Shown here piece by piece: positions 26,248 through 33,585 of a stretch of DNA of 33,585 nt. Under the pieces are notes generated by a model, which searched no databases, was not told the origin of the DNA, and worked only from the letters and a program-made list of their open reading frames with translations. Each line of letters opens with the position of its first letter. The stretch's first letter is position 1. This DNA comes from an uncultured Bacilli bacterium. GTDB lineage: Bacteria; Bacillota_I; Bacilli_A; RF39; UBA660. The stretch lies in NCBI GenBank assembly GCA_944363695.1, contig CALVUW010000001.1, positions 1 to 33,585 of the forward strand, given 5' to 3'. A program made the translations under genes and the position numbers.

Positions 26248-27519
26248 TCATGCACTTAATTCTATCGTAAATGGATCAGATTTCGTGCCACTTCCCCCAG
26301 TGATGATAACGCTAGATTTTAGATTCATGGATGGCCGCACGCCGAGCGTATCCGAAGGACTAACGTAGTTCGCGTCGCCATAGCTGGTGACGCCACGCAC
26401 GCTAGACGCAGTATATGAGGTTAACGTCCAATAAGATGTATTATTACCATATCTATCAAATTGGCCAGCCATTAATTCTCCTAACCGGAGTAGTCCTACC
26501 TGAGCAGTGGTTGTATTACTCGTAAGATCATTCCCGGTGGCGCTACTATATTTAGCTCGCCGATAACTTTGTCCACTTCCTACTGTTCCCAAATACCATG
26601 TCGTACTTGGTTCTATCATACCGCTATATTCGCTACCTACATAACTCGTTAGATAGTCTCCGTTTAAGAAGGTTCCTATCGTATTACTACTTGAATATGT
26701 TACTGTTTCTCCAAATGCACTTTCGATGAAACTTTCTGAACTTTTCAACGGTTCAGCACTTGTTATTTTAGTTAACCCTGAAGTTTCGTGACTAACTATT
26801 CGATATAATGTATTCTCTCCAATTCAGAACTCTATATATTCGCCACTATATCTGGTGTTTAACAAGGTACCATTTAGATTACTATCATTATCTCATTCTA
26901 AGCGATACGGATTATTTACAGTTCCGTCCCCGCTTTCGATTTTAACATCAGCTTTTAAATTGACAGATGGGCGTACACCTATGTTAGCACTAGGGAGTAA
27001 TAGGTTTTGATTTGCATCACCACGCTGTCCGATGTAACGCACATGATATGTACTATATTGGGTTATATATGGAGTTAACGTCCACCACCAAAGTCCATTA
27101 TTTAAATAGCCATTTTCATAATCGGTTCCATTATAACTCATCGTATATTCATAGGCATTCAGTAACCCTGCTGCATCTGTTACCATAGTAGTTTCAGCTG
27201 GTTTAGTAAATTCTTCTGTCATTGTAGCATTCCACACACTATCCATCTTAATAAAATTCTCTGGTGCTCTTAAATTTCCTAAAAAGCCATCGACACTGGT
27301 ATCATTTAGCCACTGTTCCATAACACTGTCTTCAAAAACAGGATTATCTCTACTTGCATTAAATACTACTGAACTAATATTCCATTGGGTTACTAGTTTG
27401 ACGCTGTTATCAGTTGTATCTATACTTACTGCTCTCCATAACTTTCCACTATACCAAATATAGTTATTCGGATCCGTTCCCGTGATAAATGTTTGATCGG
27501 AATCACTTGTATTGATCGC
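26248..27519 (-). pseudogene. Tandem two-module secreted-protein gene interrupted by two in-frame TGA codons. Each module ends in an aromatic-rich patch followed by GVRPS(V/M)NLK.
   Basis: ORFs 26893..27747 and 26248..26748 share one frame (26892-26748 = 144 nt). Stops lie at 26895-26893 and 26826-26824. Module 1 reads ...NYIWYSGKLWRAVS...LWWWTLTPY...IGVRPSVNLK. Module 2 reads ...EYIEF*IGENTLYRIVS...SYWTLTSY...LGVRPSMNLK. The architecture resembles the WW(L)RSP...GVRP-type domains I recall as DUF6273, but I am not sure of that family name. Confidence 0.6.
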
Positions 27520-28114
27520 TCCGTTTGAGGCAACTGTTCGGAATTTCCGAACAGTTGCTAATTCATCTAATTCTCCTTCTTCAAATATATGCTTTATATG
27601 CTCTGATATATTTGATTTACTTGAATTATACAATCTCACTAGTTGTTCTTGATTTAGCCAATTTGTAAGTCCCATATGTTCTTTCTTTGAATCCGCTCTA
27701 TTGTATATAGTTTCAGCTGCTGTTTGATGAGATACTGCATAATGCATTTTATTTTGTACTTTTTTAAAAAACTTAATTGTAGTAGGAGATTTAGAATCAT
27801 AGTCTACACTAGTTGCATAAATATCAGTAGTTTTTGATAAAATCTTCTTTCAGGCAACTTTATTTCTCTAATCTCTGCGAGTAAAGATCGTAATAGTCTT
27901 CATCAAAGAAAGCACCATTTGCCATCCTCTTTTTATCAATAATATAACCTTTTTTTGAAAACTCTTTTAATATGTGAGTGGCCCATCTTCTAAACCGAAT
28001 TGCTCTATCCGAGTTGACTCTATATCCAACAGAAATAATTGCATCTAAATTATAGAATTCTATACGATATGTCTTTTCATCTTCTGCAGTATGTACAATT
28101 TTTGCACATACTAC
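27520..28114 (-). pseudogene. RhuM-family (virulence protein RhuM-like) remnant: N-terminally truncated, frameshifted at least twice and segmentally permuted
   Basis: Three-frame reading gives SVVCAKIVHTAEDEKTYRIEFYNLDAIISVGYRVNSDRAIRFRRWATHILKEF..., then a shift near 27885. Next comes LLAEIREIKLPERRFYQK, then a shift near 27832. Then TDIYATSVDYDSKSPTTIKFFKKVQNKMHYAVSHQTAAETIYNRADSKKEHMGLTNW. This is followed by an N-terminal-type segment, LNQEQLVRLYNSSKSNISEHIKHIFEEGELDELATVRKFRTVASNG. Confidence 0.7.
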
Positions 28115-28490
28115 ACTTTATAAATTTCATCAACTGTTATGTTCCTGTTTTTATCTTTATATATCAATAGACTCTTTTGCTCATTTAACATATGTGCAAT
28201 TCATCTCATTTCGCTGCAAAATATTATAGGAGGTTACCTATGCGGCATCAACTAAAATGTTTTACACCATTTTTTAATAAAAATCGCTTATTTTGCCCAT
28301 TTCTTGTCATTTTTTACTATTTTTTGAAAAAACGTACAAGTTTTAAAAACTCACAATTGTTTTATCTATAAGGATTTCTTAGAGGGGGTTAAATAAATTG
28401 GTATCAAGCATTGTTTCTCACCCTCTCCTTACCATCTTACATGTTTATCTTACCACATTAGGATAGGTTATTTAACCTGTTTACAGTCAA

Positions 28491-29399
28491 TTATTTATTT
28501 TTTTCTTTAGAATGTAACACCGATCTTGGAAAATTATGATGATACACTTCTTTTAAATGCTCGGTTGTCACATGCGTATAAATTTGAGTCGATGATAAAC
28601 TTTCATGTCCTAATAATTCCTTTACCGATAGAATATCACAACCTTCATTTAATAAATGCGTTGCAAAAGTATGACGAATCATGTGCGGAGAAATATTCTT
28701 ATGAATAGAAGTCTGTTTGATTAGCTTATCCAAAATATAAGCTACACCTCTAGTTGTAATCACTCTTCCTTGATTATTTAAAAACAGATAGGAACTATTA
28801 AATTTATTTAACTGTTGATAACCATCTTTTAAATACAAAGATAAGCTATCAGCAGCGTATTCACCATAATTAACAATTCTTTCTTTACTACCTTTTCCAT
28901 GAATTAAAATCTGTTGATGATACTGATTAATATCTTCTCGTTTAATCTTAACCAGTTCTCCTACCCGAATACCAGTAGCATATAATATTTCTAGTATCAG
29001 GCGATCTCGTTGCCCAATCGGCGTTGTTATATCAGGAACAGCTAATAACGCTTCGAGTTCATTATATTCAAAATAACGTGGTAGGCGTTGCTCCTGCTTA
29101 GGACTAGTCACTAGTAAAAAAACATTACTTTCTACCTTTTGCTCAGCACATAAATAACGATAAAAACTACGTAAAGAACTTAAATGGCGACTAATGGTTG
29201 AAGCTTTATCTTGTTGATTATCTTTTAAATACATCAAATAAAGGCGGACGTCACTATAAGTGATTTTCAAATAAGACAAACCTTCTTGTTCTAAATAAGA
29301 AAAATAAGCTTCTAAATCTTTCCGATAACTATCAACTGTACAATCAGAATAATGACGCTGGTATTCTAAATACTCTAAAAAACGATTAACGTCTTCCAT
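28491..29399 (-). CDS. xerC: Tyrosine recombinase XerC/XerD family
   Basis: All catalytic blocks are present: RDRLILEILYATGIRVGE, HGKGSKER, HMIRHTFATHLL and LLGHESLSSTQIYTHV. The preferred start is the ATG at 29399 (MEDVNRFLEYLE...) rather than the ORF-track start at 29438. Confidence 0.85.
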   Translation of the reverse strand: MEDVNRFLEYLEYQRHYSDCTVDSYRKDLEAYFSYLEQEGLSYLKITYSDVRLYLMYLKDNQQDKASTISRHLSSLRSFYRYLCAEQKVESNVFLLVTSPKQEQRLPRYFEYNELEALLAVPDITTPIGQRDRLILEILYATGIRVGELVKIKREDINQYHQQILIHGKGSKERIVNYGEYAADSLSLYLKDGYQQLNKFNSSYLFLNNQGRVITTRGVAYILDKLIKQTSIHKNISPHMIRHTFATHLLNEGCDILSVKELLGHESLSSTQIYTHVTTEHLKEVYHHNFPRSVLHSKEKNK

Positions 29400-30225
29400 G
29401 TTTTTCTGGTCCTTCATCATTAAAACTGATGGCAGCATCTACTTCTTCACTAGTCAAGAACTCTTCAAATTCTCTACCATAATATGTTTGTTGGTTAAAA
29501 GCAGCGGTTTGCCTTTCTACATAGCCCTCTTCATTAAAAGGAGGGATAGAAACGGTTTGGTTAGTAGCAGCAGAATTCTTTCTAGTGATCTTCATAGCAG
29601 TATTAATCTTCTTAGGTTGATAAAGTTGAAAACCTTTTTTTGGTTGTTTCATTTGATGAACTAAAATTTTACGGAAATTGGAATAATGGCGTGCTTCCTG
29701 CATTAATTCTGTCATACCCAGACCATAAGATGCTTCGCTGCTATCAGCGTTTAAATAACGTCGAACGTGCCAAGCAAAATCACCTTCATCTGGTAACAAA
29801 AGAGATAAATTACCTAAGTTACGATCCGTGACGGCTTGTTCAATAGGCTTTAGTGTCCGCTGTACTAGTGGCATAGCAACGGGTACTAATTTTAAATTTT
29901 TATATCCCGTAGAAGTTAAAGCCATTTTTTTCTGTAACTGATCAATTACTTCTACTAATTCTGGCTGATTAAAAATAACCCGTTGATAATAAACAGTATG
30001 ATCATTAGTAGAACAACGAATAGCAAATTGATTTTTATCTTGATATTCGATAGGCAATTTTTTACTAATGGTATACAAATTTTCTGGCGCTGTAAAACGA
30101 TCAATCGCTTCTAATGAGTCTAAAGCAATACCATCTATTTTAACGACCTCTTCTTCTTGATATTTATTTCCTTTAGCATATTTATTATATATAGATCCCA
30201 CTAATTCGTAATATGTTTTGGCCAT
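29386..30225 (-). CDS. Hypothetical protein (279 aa), 3' end overlaps the xerC start by 14 nt
   Basis: A complete ORF starting with ATG. No family recognised. The overlap ...AAACATGGAAGACGTTAA contains the xerC ATG. Confidence 0.55.
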   Translation of the reverse strand: MAKTYYELVGSIYNKYAKGNKYQEEEVVKIDGIALDSLEAIDRFTAPENLYTISKKLPIEYQDKNQFAIRCSTNDHTVYYQRVIFNQPELVEVIDQLQKKMALTSTGYKNLKLVPVAMPLVQRTLKPIEQAVTDRNLGNLSLLLPDEGDFAWHVRRYLNADSSEASYGLGMTELMQEARHYSNFRKILVHQMKQPKKGFQLYQPKKINTAMKITRKNSAATNQTVSIPPFNEEGYVERQTAAFNQQTYYGREFEEFLTSEEVDAAISFNDEGPEKHGRR

Positions 30226-30368
30226 TTTGCCTCACTCCTTATTTTTATTCTAACAAACAAATATTTTTTTGTCTACTTGTCACTTTTTGTCGCTTATAGG
30301 GTTGTATAACCCAAAAATTGTATGATACAATACAAGAACCCGACAAATTTTGTATACAAGGAGGAACG

Positions 30369-30872
30369 ATGGAACAAGACAACCTAGTACCAAGGTATTG
30401 TAGTGCTAAAAGAGCCTTAGAGTATTTCTCTTTAGCAATACCCAACTCAGAAAAAATGCCTTATTTACCTTACAGTGAAATAAAGCGAATAAATGAAACA
30501 GCACATAAAATGGGCCATGTTATGATAAAGGCCTTTTTTGAACCAACGGAGATAATGTACATTAAATCCGTTATCGATAATAACAATATCATAGATACCT
30601 CTATTCATGAGGACGACGATATTTATGAATTACTAAATCGTTATGACAGACTAACGGCCGCACTTGATATGGTCGCTGATTCTATGATGTTCAAATTTCA
30701 ATGTGCTGAAATAAAAAATGTAGTCAATGAGGTAGGAAAAAACCTGATTGCAAGTTTTTTCCACGAAAACGAAATGAAAAAAATCAATTATATTAAACAA
30801 CAAGATACAATTACAACACCTCATTATAAAGAAATTACCTTAATTAAGAACCAACAAAAAGACTACTGCTAG
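30369..30872 (+). CDS. Hypothetical cytosolic protein (167 aa from the SD-backed start)
   Basis: AAGGAGG lies at 30358-30364, 4 nt before the ATG at 30369 (MEQDNLVPRY...). The ORF-track start at 30318 has no SD. No family recognised. Confidence 0.55.
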   Translation: MEQDNLVPRYCSAKRALEYFSLAIPNSEKMPYLPYSEIKRINETAHKMGHVMIKAFFEPTEIMYIKSVIDNNNIIDTSIHEDDDIYELLNRYDRLTAALDMVADSMMFKFQCAEIKNVVNEVGKNLIASFFHENEMKKINYIKQQDTITTPHYKEITLIKNQQKDYC

Positions 30873-30884
30873 TCTTATTTTTTT
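30859..30884 (+). terminator. Intrinsic terminator between convergent genes (possibly bidirectional)
   Basis: AAGACTA-ctgc-TAGTCTT forms a 7-bp stem that contains the TAG stop, followed by A and T7. Confidence 0.5.
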
Positions 30885-30898
30885 CTTTATTTGAATTT

Positions 30899-32499
30899 TT
30901 ACACCACAGTAACACTACTTCGTTCAAACATAACATCTGCACTGGTTACTGATGACATATCCCATAAGTTACTAACTCGTATTTCTGTTAGGCTACTCGT
31001 TCCATAAAACATACTACTCATATTTGTTACATTTGAAGTGTTAAAACTAGTTAAATCTAGTTCTTCTAGTGCATAACTATTAGTAAACATATTGGCCATA
31101 GAAGTCACACTTGATGTATCAAAACTAGTTAAGTCAAGTTCTTTTAATATAGATACATTTTGAAACATACCACCCATAGTCGTTACTTTTGAAGTATTAA
31201 AACTACTAACATTTAAATAAGTCAAAGCTCTACAACTTTCAAACATACCTGACATATTCGTTACGTTGGAAGTATCAAAGTTAGATAAATCAAGTCTGAT
31301 CAAATGCCAGCAATCCTGAAACATGCCTTGCATATTCGTTACTTTTGAGGTATCAAAACTACTGATATTTAAAGTTTCTAATTGACTACATTGATAAAAC
31401 ATCCACTGCATATTCGTGACTTTTGCCGTATCAAAGTTTGTTAAGTCTAAATCCGTTACTTTTATGCCTCGAAACATTTCACTCATAGCCGTGACATTTG
31501 ATGTATTAAAATTGGATACGTCTAAACTGGTTAAACCACTTCCACTAAACATTCTCACAATATTCGTTACCTTCGATGTATCAAAGTTACTAATATCTAA
31601 TTCTATTAAATTCGAATCAGATGCAAACATATCACTCATACTAGTCATTTGAAAGGTATCTAGTTTCGAAAGGTCTATAGTATTTACATTCGTAAAACCA
31701 TAAAATAAATGATTACAATTAGTAGGCGCGATTAAGGATCCGTCTCCTCCTATCGTTAGTTTGTAAGTACTATTCCCACTGCCATCATCTTCTATGTAAG
31801 CAATAACACTTCCATCTCCTGCTTCTGATACATCCCAGCTTTCTATGGCGCTATCGGGTATCAGAATATCTTCTTTAGTCTCAACAGAAGTAATAGAATC
31901 TTTATAAGCATAATAATCATCTGTTGAGGTAGATATGCGTCCACCTTTTAATACCGCATACTTCTTTTGAATTGCTTCGATTCGTAGTTTGCCACTAAAT
32001 ACTTCATTGTAGTTAGCTGTACTATCTTCTTTTAACCATAATCTTAATTCATAACTTCTACTTTGTCCTACATTTAAGATACTATCTTCTATTTTTCTAT
32101 TATCTGTCTCTGATAATAAGCCACCTTCTCTTGGTCCTTCATTCATCCTTAGATCATATTTAATATTACTATCATCTACTCTGATATCACTTGCTTCTAT
32201 TTCAGCATCATCTAAATAGATTTCATAACCAGCAGCAACTGTTCCTGTGTTTTCTACGGTAAATCGATAAACCACTTCTTGCGCTTTTCCTTCTTCATCA
32301 CTCATGGGATATGCTTCTGCAATGTTGATGACTTCACTACTATTTTCATCTAAGATAAGATTAAGGGTACCGGCCTTTAAGACATATTCTTTTTCTCCTC
32401 TTAACGTAGTCGTTAGCTACGCATAGGTAATTCCTACTGCTACAACTAATAAAATGATGACAATTCCGATTAAGATATAGATTGCTTTATTTTTTTCAT
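30899..32499 (-). pseudogene. DUF285/BspA-type leucine-rich-repeat surface protein gene with a TasA/camelysin-like signal region, disrupted by a TAG codon and a homopolymer frameshift
   Basis: The ORF 30899..32305 frame continues upstream as ...KAIYILIGIVIILLVVAVGITYA*LTTTLRGEKEYVLKAGTLNLILDE. The TAG lies at 32419-32417. The ATG at 32499 (behind AAAGGAGGAG) is out of frame by one base at the T7 run at 32490-32496. The C-terminal half consists of about 10.5 repeats of the LDLSNFDTSNVTNMSxMF type. Confidence 0.7.
30902..31720 (-). repeat. About 10.5 tandem in-frame coding repeats of ~25-26 codons (DUF285 units)
   Basis: Protein-level periodicity: SMSDMFASDSNLIELDISNFDTSKVT / NMQGMFQDCWHLIRLDLSNFDTSNVT / NMSGMFESCRALTYLNVSSFNTSKVT, and so on. 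Confidence 0.8.
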
Positions 32500-32525
32500 T
32501 CGTTACTCCTCCTTTTTCCAACACG

Positions 32526-32557
32526 AAAAAGAACAGAATTCTTCTATTATTCTGCTC
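32526..32557 (-). terminator. Probable topA terminator
   Basis: The minus-strand transcript reads GAGCAGAAT-aatagaaga-ATTCTGTTC, with 8 of 9 bp paired, followed by T5. It lies ~145 nt after the topA stop and just upstream of the SD of the DUF285 gene. Confidence 0.5.
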
Positions 32558-32700
32558 TTATTGTGACACACTTATACCAGAAAAATCTACCGGTTAAATC
32601 CCCCATCGGGTTAACTTTACGTTATCTTTCATATTCTCACTACTATTATTATGTTAACATAATGTTTCCATTTCTTCAAGGCTTTCCATAATATAGATAT

Positions 32701-33585
32701 TTATTTCTTATAATCGCATTTACTACAACGGATTTCTCCCTTATGATCAACCAAGGTAGCTCCACATAGAGGGCATGTTTCTGCTAAGGGCTTATCCCAA
32801 AAAGCCACCGTACATTTCGGATAATTACTACAGCCATAAAAAGTCTTACCACGTCTTGTCTTGCGTTCTAAAATTTTACCATCACAGGAAGGACAATCCA
32901 TTACTTCGATGACTTGTTTTTCTTCCTTCTTAATATATTTACAAGTCGGATAGTTACTACAAGCGATAAATTCTCCATATTTACCTTGTCGTTTTACCAA
33001 AGGACTTCCACATTCAGGGCACAATTCACCCGTTTCTTCTGCCGGTTTCTTTTCCATGTCATGAAAGGCTTTTTCTACCCTTGGTTCAAAGACATCATAA
33101 AACTCCTGTAAAACTTGATTCCAAACTAATTCACCTTCAGCTACTTTATCTAAATCATCTTCCATTTCTTTGGTATATTCTACATTAATAATATCAGAAA
33201 AGAAATCCTGAAGACGATCTGTTGTTTCAATTCCCATAGCAGTTGGCTTAAACTTCTTCTCTTCTAATGTGACATATGCTCTTTGCTTTAAGGTCTCAAT
33301 GGTTTGCGCATAAGTACTTGGTCGTCCAATACCTAATTCTTCCATTTTTTTAACTAAAGTAGCCTCACTATAGCGAGCTGGTGGCTTTGTAAAGTGTTGT
33401 TCACTATCTATTTTTTCTGCTTGATGGATCTGACCCTGCTCTAATGCTGGTAAAATGGTATCTTCGCTACTTTCAAATTCTCTATATACTTTTAAATAAC
33501 CATCAAATAGTAAAACACTACCAGTTGTTTTAAATATATAATGATTGTTATCTAATAATACCGTTGTCTGATTTACTTTGGCATC
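32701..33585 (-). CDS. topA: DNA topoisomerase I, C-terminal part (gene continues past the window end)
   Basis: The sequence ...FTKPPARYSEATLVKKMEELGIGRPSTYAQTIETLKQR is followed by three Zn-ribbon repeats, including CPECGSPLVKRQGKYGEFIACSNYPTCKY. The frame remains open upstream of the ORF-track Met, verified to ~33405 and assumed through to the window end at 33585. Confidence 0.9.
   Translation of the reverse strand, partial: DAKVNQTTVLLDNNHYIFKTTGSVLLFDGYLKVYREFESSEDTILPALEQGQIHQAEKIDSEQHFTKPPARYSEATLVKKMEELGIGRPSTYAQTIETLKQRAYVTLEEKKFKPTAMGIETTDRLQDFFSDIINVEYTKEMEDDLDKVAEGELVWNQVLQEFYDVFEPRVEKAFHDMEKKPAEETGELCPECGSPLVKRQGKYGEFIACSNYPTCKYIKKEEKQVIEVMDCPSCDGKILERKTRRGKTFYGCSNYPKCTVAFWDKPLAETCPLCGATLVDHKGEIRCSKCDYKK

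Noticed and set aside
26824-26895. The in-frame TGA codons might mean the organism reads TGA as Trp (genetic code 4).
   Set aside because: dtd ends on TGA (20982-20984) at its natural C-terminus (...GPTTILLER). Long housekeeping ORFs (relA, secDF, rlmD) are intact under code 11 and encode Trp with TGG. The host therefore uses TGA as a stop. A foreign code-4 origin for this one gene remains only a remote possibility.
28376-28432. An AGAGGG...CCCTCT inverted repeat downstream of xerC might be a terminator.
   Set aside because: It has only a ~6-bp stem with a ~30-nt loop and no following U-tract on the minus-strand transcript.
28491-29399. The tyrosine recombinase might mark a prophage or integrative element covering 26-32 kb.
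   Set aside because: The protein has the full XerC/XerD housekeeping-type motif set (ending LLGHESLSSTQIYTHV) and lies downstream of topA as codV does in Bacillus. I saw no phage or conjugation genes and no flanking direct repeats. A degraded element cannot be fully excluded.
30245-30445. A 66-aa minus-strand ORF lies in the divergent promoter region.
   Set aside because: It overlaps the SD-backed start of the 167-aa plus-strand gene, has no SD of its own, and shows no motif.
30902-31720. A regular ~75-78 nt periodicity might indicate a CRISPR array or non-coding tandem repeat.
   Set aside because: The units are in-frame, divergent at the DNA level, and encode the DUF285/LRR consensus (LDLSNFDTSNVTNMSxMF). 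There is no conserved repeat with unique spacers.
32482-32691. A 69-aa plus-strand ORF lies between the DUF285 gene and topA.
   Set aside because: It spans the topA terminator hairpin and the SD and start of the DUF285 gene on the other strand. It has low-complexity sequence and no SD.
1-33585. I looked for tRNA, rRNA, riboswitch or T-box leaders and CRISPR arrays.
   Set aside because: I saw no tRNA-like T-arm or acceptor patterns, no rRNA-like stretches, no long structured leaders (intergenic gaps are short or explained by relics and terminators) and no repeat-spacer arrays. This was a by-eye scan only, so tRNAscan or Infernal would be needed to be definitive.

Overview
The window looks like a low-GC Bacillota-type chromosome from a spore former, since a gerA-type germinant receptor operon is present. 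Most genes lie on the minus strand and are housekeeping: rnj (partial), rnc, dedA, rlmD-like, yceD-rpmF, an AI-2E transporter, dtd-relA, secDF, a comN-like gene, xerC and topA (partial). Two accessory regions interrupt this backbone.

(1) About 3.6-13.1 kb is a visibly more AT-rich, tightly packed island of ten genes whose products all appear cytosolic. It sits between dedA and rlmD. It encodes a PfkB kinase fused to a SIS module, an alpha/beta hydrolase, a CAT-family acyltransferase, a PRTase-like protein, three HAD phosphatases, an S51-type hydrolase, a Cys-knuckle protein and a central HTH-WYL regulator. There is no transporter, integrase or phage gene. Two decayed relics of a second kinase-SIS gene bracket a 3-gene sub-cassette. 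I cannot match this gene combination to any named pathway or defence system, so it is my main candidate for an undescribed system. My guess is an intracellular system that makes or remodels a sugar-phosphate or nucleoside-like metabolite under ligand-gated control.

(2) About 26.2-32.5 kb, between the comN-like gene and topA, is a decaying variable locus. It holds a tandem two-module secreted-protein gene broken by in-frame TGA codons and carrying a GC-rich patch. It also holds a frameshifted, permuted RhuM-family remnant fused to that gene. A DUF285/BspA-type repeat protein gene there is disabled by a TAG codon and a homopolymer frameshift. Two orphan genes are present, one of them overlapping the xerC start.

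A separate observation concerns ribosomal protein L32. It appears to start at an SD-backed ATG that adds a 9-residue leader (MLALNIQMF|AVP...) closely resembling the Prp-cleaved propeptide of Firmicute L27. No rRNA, tRNA or CRISPR array was seen. All family calls rest on motif recognition by eye, with no searches run.
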